The notes under the pieces are model-generated. The model had not been told where the DNA came from and ran no database searches. It saw nothing but the letters and a program-made list of their open reading frames with translations. This document shows, in pieces, positions 1-11,608 of a stretch of 64,000 nt of DNA. The DNA comes from Piromyces finnis finn (taxonomy: Eukaryota > Fungi > Neocallimastigomycota): the NCBI GenBank assembly GCA_002104945.1, contig MCFH01000026.1:248001-312000 (forward strand). Reading direction: 5' to 3'. Every line of letters starts with the position of its first letter. Positions within the stretch are counted from its first letter, which is position 1. The position numbers and the translations under genes were made by a program.

Positions 1-1674
1 TTAAGTGATCCTATTTTAAGTTATCCTGATTTTAATAAAGAATTTATTATTCGTACTGATGCATCAACTAATGGCATTGGTGCTGTACTCTTACAGGTGG
101 AGGGGGACAAATTGGAACATCCAATTTGTTGTATTAGTCGTACTTTATCTACTTCAGAAAAGAATTATTCTGTTACTGACCTTGAAGGATTAGCTATTTA
201 TTATGCAATTCTACAATTTCGTCAATATATTATAAGTAATAAAAATCCTACCATATTAATTACTGATCATAAACCATTACTGGGATTTTATAAAAAGAAT
301 ATTCCATCAAAAGGTAGACATGCAAGATGGATTGAAGAATTTAATAAATATAAAATTGAATTAAAATATGATAAAGGAAAGAAAAATGTTTTTGCTGATG
401 CCCTTTCAAGATTACCTTCTAAAAATTCTGATGAAATAGTAAATTGTGCTTATGCAATTTTGTCTGATTTTAATCCAAGAGATTTAGACCTACCTGAAGG
501 AATAAAAAAATATTTTACTAAAAATTATCAAGTTGTTGATAATACTCTTTATTATAAAAAAGATGAATTATATCTTAAAGTTATTTACAAAGATGAAGAT
601 AAAAAAGATATTATTAGTCGTGCTCATTCTGTTGGTCATGAAGGTGCTGAAAAGACCACAAATAGAATTTTAAAATCTTATTATTGGCCTGGTATTTGGA
701 ATGATGTTAGAATGTGGGTAAAGTCCTGTAGAAAATGTCAACTTTGTAGACCTAAGCCTTTACCTAAAAATACTGAAGATAATATAACCCCAATTGAACA
801 ACCATTTACTAGAGTCGGATTAGATATAGTTGGCCCATTACCACTTACTAAACATGGAAATTCTTATATTATTACCCTTGTTGATTATTTTACTAAATGG
901 GTTGAAGCTAAAGCAATTCCAAATATGAAATCAGAAGAAGTAATAAAATTTTTAATAGAAGTAATAACAAGACATGGTCCACCAGAAATAATTGTTACTG
1001 ATAATGGAAGTTCATTTATTTCTGATATTACTAAAATGATGATTGATTTATATGGATCATGGGTTCATTTTGTTTCTCCTCATCACCTACAATCTAATGG
1101 TATGATTGAGAATAGAAACAAAGAAATAGGAAAAACTTTAAGACTCTTAATTGAAAATGAATCTGAATGGGATGAATATCTACCATCTGCATTATGGTCA
1201 CTTAGAACTACCAAAAATTCAAAAACAAAGTTTAGTAGTTTCGAATTATTATATGGTAGAAGAGACACATGGCCATTAGAAATAATGTTTCCCGATATTT
1301 ATAAAGATCCTAATGAAACAGAAGAAGAATATATTTTTAGAAGATTTTTAAGGCATCAAAATTGGGTAAAACAAGCTACTGAATATTCTAATCATGCTAA
1401 TCAATATTGGGAACATAGAATAGGTTTATCCAAAGCTTTAAAGAAGACTTATAAACCGGGTGATTATGTTATGATAAGATTAATAGGAAGAAGTAAATTA
1501 AATCCTTATTTTTATGGTCCTTATAAAGTTGTTAATAAACAAAAATTTAATACTGTTGTACTTGAAGATCCACATACAGGAAAACTACTTGATAGAAATG
1601 TACATATTAAAAATATTTTTCCTTACGTTCTACCAGAACAAAATTTAACTTCAAGGGACGAAGTTAATTCTTAA
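1..1674 (+). CDS. Ty3/gypsy pol, 3' part (RNase H + integrase, no chromodomain); runs in from window edge
   Basis: Frame is open from base 1 (LSDPILSYPDFNKEFIIRTDAS). ORF 97..1674 has RNase H motifs (TDHKPL, ADALSR), the zinc finger H-H-C-C (AHSVGHEG..CRKCQLC), the integrase core (GLDIVGPLP, TDNGSSF, IENRN) and GPY. Confidence 0.95.
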   Translation, partial: LSDPILSYPDFNKEFIIRTDASTNGIGAVLLQVEGDKLEHPICCISRTLSTSEKNYSVTDLEGLAIYYAILQFRQYIISNKNPTILITDHKPLLGFYKKNIPSKGRHARWIEEFNKYKIELKYDKGKKNVFADALSRLPSKNSDEIVNCAYAILSDFNPRDLDLPEGIKKYFTKNYQVVDNTLYYKKDELYLKVIYKDEDKKDIISRAHSVGHEGAEKTTNRILKSYYWPGIWNDVRMWVKSCRKCQLCRPKPLPKNTEDNITPIEQPFTRVGLDIVGPLPLTKHGNSYIITLVDYFTKWVEAKAIPNMKSEEVIKFLIEVITRHGPPEIIVTDNGSSFISDITKMMIDLYGSWVHFVSPHHLQSNGMIENRNKEIGKTLRLLIENESEWDEYLPSALWSLRTTKNSKTKFSSFELLYGRRDTWPLEIMFPDIYKDPNETEEEYIFRRFLRHQNWVKQATEYSNHANQYWEHRIGLSKALKKTYKPGDYVMIRLIGRSKLNPYFYGPYKVVNKQKFNTVVLEDPHTGKLLDRNVHIKNIFPYVLPEQNLTSRDEVNS

Positions 1675-1687
1675 AAGGCCGAGAAAC
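1673..1687 (+). promoter_or_regulatory. Polypurine tract of gypsy element 1
   Basis: aaaaggccgagaaac lies between the pol stop and the TG of the LTR. Confidence 0.65.
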
Positions 1688-2490
1688 TGATAAATAATGA
1701 AATTAATAAATATAAAATTATTATTAAACCTGATTTTTAAGTTAACCCTAAAAGTAACTTAAAACAAGTTATAGTTTAATTAAGTACTTTACCAAAATTC
1801 TTAAATAAAATTAATCCTAAACACTGCATATATTTTGATTATTGAAAGAAAATAATAAACTTTAATTAATCGAGATCAAAATATATAACTCTTGTTAAAT
1901 TAATTGTTAAATTAAATATTTAATAACTTCGTTAGTAAATTACACTTTAAAAGTAAACAAATATAATAATTCATGTTATAAAATAATATAATTAAACACC
2001 TTTATTAAAACATTAAAAATAATTATTACTTTAATTAATTGTAAAATAAACAACTTTTTATATTCTTTAACTTTTAATTATTTCTTTTATTGTTATTTCT
2101 AATTACTTTTATTGTAAATAGTTATTAATTTTATTGTTTTAATGTAAATAGTTTAAATCTAAAAGAAAATATAAATACATGTAAATATTCTTATTTTAAT
2201 CATTATTATTATTATTAATAAAGAAATATTATATAGTTAGATTAATATTTTATAATTTTAATAATCACTTTTATACTTAAATAAATAAAAATTTTAAATA
2301 TTTAAATATTAGAAAAACAAGTGTTTCTAATAAAACAATTTAGTGTTTTAACAAAACAATTTTATTAATTTTTATAAAAACGATTTTAAGTCTTAATCAA
2401 TATAACTTATATAGTTATAACAAAAGATATAATATAATAATCACTTTTTGAAGTAAAATTCAAAATTAAGATTATTATCAAATTATATCA
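1688..2490 (+). mobile_element. LTR family A, 3' LTR of gypsy element 1
   Basis: TGATA...TATCA ends, follows the PPT, near-identical copies at 8147-8978 (-) and 23650-24460 (+). Confidence 0.9.
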
Positions 2491-2494
2491 TTGT

Positions 2495-3001
2495 TGATAC
2501 AAAGAGGATATTATCTTAATTCTATAAAGGAATATAGAAAGTGATAATATTTGTATCTAAAAAAAAAAAATTAAAAAAAATAAAATAAAATAAATGATTT
2601 TTATACTTGTTCATTTGCAAGTCTTTGTTAGTTTAAAATATAAAATTATTTTATTTAATTATAAAGTTTTAATATTTAATAACTCTTGTATTATTAAATA
2701 TATATATGTTATGGTTTAATACATCTTGAATGTATGTAAATATAATCACAACTATTATTTTAATAAAATTTAATATTATTATCTAATTTTACTGGATTAT
2801 TAGGAACATCTTTTAAAATAAAATAATTCTATCACTATTTATATAAAATTATTATTTTAAAGTATAATTATAAACAAATATAAACTATTTAATTTAAAAC
2901 TAAATAAACAATTAAATAAACAAAAAGTTTACATTTATAATTTTTAATTTAATAATTTTATACATGTTAATTATTTTAATTTTTAACTATCTGTGTTTTA
3001 A

Positions 3002-3095
<94 letters not shown>

Positions 3096-3127
3096 AATTC
3101 ATAATTTATAAATTTAATTATTTATCA
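2495..3127. mobile_element. Solo LTR-like element, family B, containing an (ATT)n tract
   Basis: TGATA...TATCA ends, flanked by TTGT on both sides (2491-2494, 3128-3131; 4-bp TSD). Reverse-complement copy at 24467-25070. Confidence 0.85.
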
Positions 3128-3131
3128 TTGT

Positions 3132-3412
3132 TGATAAATAATGAAATTAATAAATATGAAATTATTATTAAAATTTAACTTATTATTACTAATCTAAGTC
3201 TTCCTATTTTGTACTAAAAAAATATTATTATTCTTTATAATAAAAATTATTTTTATAATTTAACCCAATCAAATATATAAATTTATAAAATATTTGATTT
3301 TATGTAAATTATATTTTTAAAATAAACTATATAAAATTATTTAATAATTATTTTATAATAAAATTTTCTACTAATATCAAATGTATAATATATTTATAAT
3401 TATTATTTATCA
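3132..3412 (-). mobile_element. LTR family C, 3' LTR of gypsy element 2
   Basis: TGATA...TATCA ends. On the minus strand it is preceded by the PPT aggggaggaaatct (3413-3426) and lies downstream of the minus-strand pol. Confidence 0.8.
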
Positions 3413-3740
3413 AGATTTCCTCCCCTAAGATACGACTTAGTGGTAGCTGATAAAAGTATTCATAAATAATAATAAATATATAAGTTTTTGATATTTTTAT
3501 ACTAAAGATTTAAAAATTTAAAATTTTTTTTTTCTATATATATATATATATATATATGATAAAAATAATATAAAATAAGGTTTATAAAAAAATAATGAAA
3601 AATTTGAAAATTTTTATTAATAAAATTTTTTTTCAAAAAAAAGTAAAAAAAATAAAATAGATGAGATAAAATTCGTCTTCAGTATATTAATATGTGTTTT
3701 TCTTGAAATTTATATAATAATCGCCATTTTTTATATGATT

Positions 3741-6407
3741 TTATAGAGAGGACAAATAGGGCTTCACATTTTTAATATGGACATTACGTTCTAATATCTT
3801 ATGCGTGTCCAATGTTTCTAAAACTAGAGTGTTGAATTTTGATGCTTTCTTCACTTTAAATGGTCCTAAAAAGAATGGATCTAATTTTTTTCTACCTATA
3901 TATCTTACCAACACTAGATCATCTGGCTTGTACCGGTGTTGCATAGACTTTGCTGTTTCATTTCTTTGAAGCCAATAGTCGTGAGCTTGCTTGATATTTT
4001 CAGTAGCTTCTTGTACCCAATTCTGGTGTCTGACAAAACGTCTGAAATTGTATTCTTCGTCAGACTCATCCTTTTCTTTTGGAATATCTGGTAGCAATAC
4101 GCTAAGAGGCCATAAGTCTTTTCTTCCATATAAGAGTTCGAAACTACTAAACCCTGTAACTTTCGAACGAGACGTACGCAGAGCCCATAAAGTTGCCGGA
4201 AGTATTTCGTCCCAATTTTCTTGATTTTTACATAAATGTCGAAGTATTTTTATTATTTCTCTATTTCTGTTTTCAACTTGTCCATTAGCTTCAGGGTGAT
4301 GTGGTGCAACGAATTGAACCCAGGAACCGTATAAGTCTATCATTGTTTTTGTTATATCCGAAGTGAACTGACTTCCATTATCAGTGACAATTATTTCTGG
4401 GACACCATGTCTTGCAAAGACGTCTTTTAAGAAATAAATAACGTCTTGACTTTCGATTCTCTTTAAGGGAGCGGCTTCAACCCATTTAGTAGTATAGTCT
4501 ACTAAAACAATGATATATAAATTACCTCTATCTGTTAATGGTAGTGGTCCAACTATATCCAAACCAACTCTAACGAAGGGTCTTTCAACAGGACTTGAAA
4601 TATTAGACAGGTTTTTAGGAATGGGTTTTGGACGGTAGCATTGACATTCTAAACATGTTTTAACGACTTTATTTACGTCGTTCCACATTCCTGGCCAATA
4701 ATATATTTCTTTTAATCTGGAAAGTGTTTTTTCAACACCTTCATGGCCGACAAGATGAGCCTTACGAATCAAGGAGAATTTTAAAGAGTCATCTTCAATA
4801 ACTTTTAAAAAGTTTCCAGATTTAGAGCGGTAAACAAGAGTACCATTTAAAAATGAATAGTTCTTCTTAACATATTCAATAATTTTGGGAGGAGCAAAGG
4901 TGGAAATATTATCTTCTTTGTCTTCTAAGATAGAATGAATAGAATTAATATTTAAATTTTGTGAAGAGGGCATACGGGACAAAGCATCAGCAAAAACATT
5001 ATTTTTACCTTTTTCATAAATGATGTCGACTCTTAATTCATTAAACTTGGCTATCCATCTAATATGTCTATCATTAGAAGGAATACTTGAAGTAAAGAAA
5101 CCTACAAGTGGCTTATGGTCAGTGTATACTTTTACAACAAGGGGAGAAGCTGCAATATAGGAGCGAAATTTATTCAAAGCGAATAAAATAGCAATACCTT
5201 CTTTTTCAGTAACAGAATAACGCGTTTCAGCATCTTTAAGACATCTACTAACACAATAAATAGGAAACTCAATATCTAAAGAGTCAGAAGGCTGTAGAAA
5301 AACGGCGCCAACGGCATAAGAAGAAGCGTCAGTACGAATAATGAATTGTTTATTAGGGTCAGGATATTTTAAAATACTGGAGGAGCAAATAAAAGAACGA
5401 AGTGTATGAAAGGCATCAGAATGGATATCTAACCAAATAAAACTAGCTTTAGGACTTGTAAGTTTATATAAACAACTTGAAATAGCAGCAAAGTTAGGAA
5501 TAAATTTTCTATAGTAGCTAACTAAGCCAAGGAAGGACCTAAGTTGAGTGACGTTTTTGGAGTGTTCCAAGAAGCTATAGCAAGAACTTTAGAAGGCATA
5601 GGTTTAATACCATCTGCAGTAAGTACGTGACCAAGAACTTCGACGGAGTTTTTGCAAAAAGAACACTTATCAATATTAATAGAGAATTTATGCTCTCTTA
5701 GGATAATAAAAAGTTTTTCAAGGTCCTTTAAATGTTGTTTAAAGTTAGGAGAATAAACTAAAATATCATCCATGTAAACAAATAGACAAGTACCGATAAG
5801 AGGCATAAGAATACGGTTCATTTCACGTTGGAAGGATGGGTGCATTAGTTAACCCGAATGGCATAACCTTAAAGTTAAAATTACCAAACTTAGTAGTGAA
5901 TGCTGTCTTTTCGATATCTTTGCTATTCATTGGAATTTGATGAAAACCAGAAAAAAGGTCAATAGCAGAGAAATATTTTGCGCCATGAACAGATTCTAGT
6001 AGTTCATCAATAAATGGTAGAGCATACGCGTCTTTAATAGTAATTTGATTTGATTTTCTATAATCGACACACATACGCCATTTACCATTTTTCTTTTTCA
6101 CTATAATAACAGGGAATGACCATGGTGAATGGGAAGGTTCAATGAGACCATGTTTCAATAGTTTCGAAATCTCTTCTTTTAATGCTTGGGATTGAGCAAG
6201 AGATATCTTATAAGGTCTCAGTTTAATGGGTTTGGTGGATGTTAATTCAATAGAATGAGGTTCAGCATCAGCAACTGAAACATCATCAATGGAATCGATT
6301 AAAACATCCCTATAATTTTTTATTAAAGAATGAAGTTGAATTTGTTCATCCTTTGAGATAATATTATCAATATCAGAAATATCTTTTAAGGAATTAATAT
6401 TATTCAT
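3741..6407 (-). pseudogene. Ty3/gypsy pol (RT-RNase H-integrase), two frameshifts, 5'-truncated
   Basis: Overlapping ORFs 5823-6407 (SPWSFP, MCVDYR, MPFGL), 5522-5845 (YMDD) and 3741-5570 (RNase H, integrase, GPF). The integrase C-terminus resembles that of element 1 (RNVHIKN). No gag or protease upstream. Confidence 0.93.
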
Positions 6408-6417
6408 AATAGTAATA

Positions 6418-7642
6418 TGATATAACTTATTTCATATTTAATAATTTATTTTATTTAATAATTTATTTTATTATTATCACTATTAGGTCGTTTTTACTCA
6501 GAATTTATTATATAATAAAGAGAATATTATTTATTTTTAGAAAGGGTTATATTTTCATAAAATTATTATTCATTCATTTTTAAGGGTTATTATCGTTTAT
6601 TTTTATTATAAGTTACCATTGGTTAAGTCGTGTGTTAAGTTTTGGAATTTGGTTATGCGGCCAGGTCAGAATGTTATTAATTATATAGAAAATATGTTTT
6701 TTAAGAAATTAAATTTAAATATAAAATAACACTTTAAACTTCCAAATGAAAAATTAATATTTATTTTTTAGAATAACTTTTTTATAAAATTTTATTTATT
6801 TAGTAATAATAATATAAATGATAATATAATAACTATATAATTAAGATTATAACTATAATCTTTACAAAGGATTAAAATCGAATTCAAATCATTCTATTTT
6901 ATATTCTTTGTTCAGATTATTAAATTGATAAAAATAAAGTATTACATGTAATATATTAATAACATAATAAGATTGTTTGTTTATTTGTTTGTTTGTTTTG
7001 TCATGACATATAAAATAAAATAAACATATGATTAATCATTTAACCACTTGATCTGTTAACCTATTTTATAATAATTATAATTATTTAATTTATAAATGTT
7101 AACTGTTACACCTAAATGGTTTAGTTCTATTTTTAGTAACAGTTACTATCATTAATTAAATTAATATAATTAAAATTTCTATTGATATATTTTTAATTTT
7201 CGTCAAGTCATAAGAAATGTCTACGATCCATACTTGATATCATATTGATTTTAATTTACCTATTAAAACCTTTAAATGATCATATCTTCCTTAAATGACC
7301 AGTTAGAAGGACCGCGATTGTACCAAAATATAGCTTTTCCCTTAAGCTTTCTAATAAACTTGGTTTCACAACCGTAGCACTTATTTCGTGTTTGTTTATT
7401 TTTGGTTAAGGGTTATAGTGTATTGATATTAAATTTTTTGAAATCATAACCCTTTCACTGAATCAAAATTTAAAAGGTAACTTTTAAAGGTGTTTTAAAA
7501 TAATTGTTGGGATTATTTAATTATAATTATTATGTTTAATTAATTATAGATATTATCTGAATTTGTTTTAAATCCAGTTAATATCTTCACATCGTGTTTA
7601 TTCAGTTAGTTTTTATTATGTTTTTATGTGAGTAGCGTATCA
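6418..7642 (-). mobile_element. Short family-F LTR-like element (~260 bp) interrupted by a nested insertion
   Basis: 7600-7642 and ~6440-6632 are the reverse complement of the first ~250 bp of the element at 22541. TGATA begins at 6418 and TATCA ends at 7642. Confidence 0.75.
6633..7591. mobile_element. Nested solo LTR with 5-bp TSD
   Basis: TGT...ACA termini with the exact duplication TCGTG at 6628-6632 and 7592-7596; removing it restores the family-F sequence. Confidence 0.8.
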
Positions 7643-7647
7643 CAAAA

Positions 7648-8142
7648 TGACACACGTTCAAATATACCTTAATTCTAAATAAGCTTAGAAAGTGGTATAT
7701 TTGTGTGTAATTGAATGATTTATTTTTACTTGCTCATTCTACAAGTTTATATAATTATTAAATATAATTTAAAGTTTTAAAAACACATCTTGTTTTATAA
7801 TATTAGTTTATTTATTTAAAATAAATATATAATACATCTCGCTATGTATTATAAAAAAAAAATATATTAATTTATTATAATTTTAAAATATTCTAATTTT
7901 CCTGGCTAATTAGTAACAATCTTTAAAAATAATATTTTCTATTTCTATTTATAATAAATAATTACATTTAAGTTTGTTTATAAACAAAAGTTGTTTATAT
8001 TTTACATTTTTAAAATTTAATTAAACATTTATATTTTATATTATTTTGATTATTTACTATTAATTTAATTTATATTGAGTTTATATAATCTTAAAATCAG
8101 CTATTCTATTAATTCATTATTTATAAATTTCATTCTATATCA
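7648..8142. mobile_element. Putative solo LTR (family E) within the stack
   Basis: TGACA...TATCA ends, separated from neighbouring LTRs by 4-5 bp. No second copy in the window. Confidence 0.55.
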
Positions 8143-8146
8143 AAAA

Positions 8147-8978
8147 TGATATAATTTGATAATAATCTTAATTTTGAATTTTACTTCAAAAAGTGATTAT
8201 TATATTATATCTTTTGTTATAACTATATAAGTTATATTGATTAAGATTTAAAATCGTTTTTATAAAAATTAATAAAATTGTTTTGTTAAAACACTAAATT
8301 GTTTTGTTAAAACACTAAATTGTTTTATTAGAAACGCTTGTTTTTCTAATATTTAAATATTTAAAATTTTATTTATTTAAGTATAAAAGTGACTATTAAA
8401 ATTATAAAATATTAATCTAACTATATAATATTTCTTTATTAATAATAATAATAATGATTAAAATAAGAATATTTACATGTATTTATATTTTCTTTTGAAT
8501 TTAAACTATTTACATTAAAACAATAAAATTAATAACTACTTACAATAAAAGTAATAAAAGTAATTAGAAATAACAATAAAAGAAATAATTAAAAGTTAAA
8601 GAATATAAAAAGTTGTTTATTTTACAATTAATTAAAGTAATAATTATTTTTAATGTTTTAATAAAGGTGTTTAATTATATTATTTTATAACATGAATTAT
8701 TATATTTGTTTACTTTTAAAGTGTAATTTACTAACGAAGTTATTAAATATTTAATTTAACAATTAATTTAACAAGAGTTATATATTTTGATCTCGATTAA
8801 TTAAAGTTTATTATTTTCTTTCAATAATCAAAATATATGCAGTGTTTAGGATTAATTTTATTTAAGAATTTTGGTAAAGTACTTAATTAAACTATAACTT
8901 GTTTTAAGTTACTTTTAGGGTTAACTTAAAAATCAGGTATAATAATAATTTTATATTTATTAATTTCATTATTTATCA
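8147..8978 (-). mobile_element. Solo LTR, family A
   Basis: Reverse complement of 1688-2490 with a small internal duplication. Flanks are AAAA and AAA. Confidence 0.9.
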
Positions 8979-8981
8979 AAA

Positions 8982-9559
8982 TGATAACGGATTGGTAGTT
9001 ATATTACAACTTTTTAACTACTTCTTCTGTTATCTTATATTGTTTTATCTCGACAGCTATTGTACGAGCTTTAACAATATCTACTAGTTTTATTAATTTA
9101 TTTTAAGTTATTTTATAATTTTAATAGTTTTATTATTTTAATAATATTTATATAGAATAATAACACCAGATTTATTCTATAAAATATTATTTATTATTAA
9201 CACAATAATTACAAATTAGACAAGTTTAATTTCGTTTTTATATTTTCTTTTATTTATTGTTCTTACGCTCTTTTTAACAATAATTTTTATTATATAAAAA
9301 CTTATTTTTTGTCTTTTAAATATTATTATGTATTCACTAATTAATTATATTAACTATTATTAAAATTTAACTTATTATTAGTAATCTAAGTCTTCTCATT
9401 TTCTACTAAAAATTATTATTATTCTTTATATTAAAAATTATTTTTATAATTTAACCCAATCAAATATATAAATTTATAAAATATTTGATTTTATGTAAAT
9501 TATATTTTTATAATAAACTATATAAAATTATTTAATAATTATTTTATAATAAAATTTTC
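8982..9559. mobile_element. LTR-like element G, left part (partly similar to LTR C)
   Basis: Starts TGATA 3 bp after LTR A. ~9360-9559 closely matches 3170-3368. Ends at the chromovirus LTR. Confidence 0.55.
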
Positions 9560-10690
9560 TGTAAAAGTTTTACTAAACTTATAATTTAATATTAAAATAT
9601 CAAATTAAATAAAAGGTTAAAAGATAACTAGGTTAGAAAAAAAAAATGTTTTATTAAAATAATCTTAATTGATTTATAAATGAATAATTAAATTATATAT
9701 TATGGTTAAAATAATTTCTTTTATTTTATTTAATGATATATTGCTAAAATATATAATAATAAGATTATTTAGTAGTAATACTCATTAAGTATTAATTATT
9801 ATTAATAGTTAATAATTTATAGTTAATAATCTTTAGTTAATAATTTATAGTTAATAATTTAATAATTTATGGTTAATAATTTTTGGTTAATAATCTTTAC
9901 AAAGATTTTAATTTCATAAACTATTCTAAACTATTTATACTATTTGTAATTTTACATTTAATAATAAAATAACTTTTCAATACATGATTATATTCATAAT
10001 ATATTTTATAATACTTAAACTAAACTTAAGACTTATTCCTAATTATTAAAAAATAACTATTGTTTATAATATTCATAATATTAATTATTTCTTAATTATA
10101 ATATAATTCATTGAATATAATATTAATAATTATAATCCTCTAGTTCAAAGATTATAATATATGTTATTGAAATAATTATTATAAAATAAAGTTAATTAGT
10201 TCCGGAAAATAATTTTAATTTAATTAAACAATAATTTTTATACTTTGAGTGAATGATTTATGTTTGATATATCAGGGGTGATCATTCTCTGAATAAACAA
10301 TTAATCATTGCTAACAAAATATCTTTAAATTGGAATATCTCGTGAACCAGCAGAGATATTGACCTGATTTTAAGATATGTTGTTTGTCTCGAGCGTGGCT
10401 TTCTAACGAACGTAATTATAACCAAAATATTTTTATTCAAAAATCGTCATTCGTTGAGGAGATATGCGTGTTTTTCCTTATTCCATTTTAACGATAAGGG
10501 TTAAAGTTATTTATTATAAAAATTATTAAGGGTTAAGGTCATATTTTAACCTTTCCTAAATTTTTAAATATTTCTTAATAAAATTTTATAATTTATTTGA
10601 AAATAAACTATTTGTTGATTTTGAATTTTCATAAGTGATTTCACAATTCCAAGTGATCTTGAAATTGTAATTTCACTAGTATTCGTGACA
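9560..10690 (-). repeat. Chromovirus 3' LTR (1131 bp)
   Basis: Direct repeat of 16282-17311 with an extra tandem TTAATAAT-type expansion near 9800-9890. Confidence 0.93.
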
Positions 10691-11608
10691 TCGCTCCGCC
10701 AAAAAAAATCGAATACCAGGCGATTGAAATAATATAAAATAAAATTGTATAATAAAGTATAATTGAAATAAATTGAAGTAGTATATATTAAATATAAACC
10801 AATATATAGTTGTATGTGTAACATGAAATAAAATGGTAACTAAATAAAGAATATATTTAATATAACATGTTGAATATATTGCAATATATGAAATAAAATT
10901 AAAAAACATTTTCTTGTGTAACATTCAGTCAAATTCATAAAATTTTTGAAAGAAATGTTGAAATTTAAATTGATCATTGAGTGAAAAAATTGAAATTCGT
11001 ACGAAAAATTAAAATTTGAATAAGAAATATTATTCCTAGGATATTGAAACACTTTTTATTTTTGAAAAATGTTAACATTTGCTAAAATAATTGAAATTTC
11101 AAAAATTGATCAAATAAACTTTAATTAATATGATTTTGAAAAAAAAAATTTTTGAAATTTTTGAAAAATTTTTAATAATAAAAATTTTTTCATTAAATAC
11201 AAAAAAAATTTTGAACTAAACTTTTTGAAAAAATGTCACTGAAAAATATTGATTTTAATGATCGATCGAGATAGTGACAATATTGAAATTGATACTATTG
11301 AATAGAGAATAAAATAAGCATTAACAACATATAAATATTTGTAATTGTACTGCTAAAATAAATTGAAAATTATTCTCTTTAAATATTTAATTTTCATTAT
11401 AAAAATTTTGTGTTTTAAATTAAATAAATTGATAAAATTGTTGGATCAAAAATTATTGAATTGAAATTTAACATTCATAGAAAAAAATTTTTGAAATTTG
11501 TGTTGAAATGTATTAGATGAGTAATACAAATTATAATAAAACATAATGTTAGTGAAAGATATTAATAAATTTTTAAAAAATAAAATTGTTGAAATGCAAT
11601 TTAAAGAA

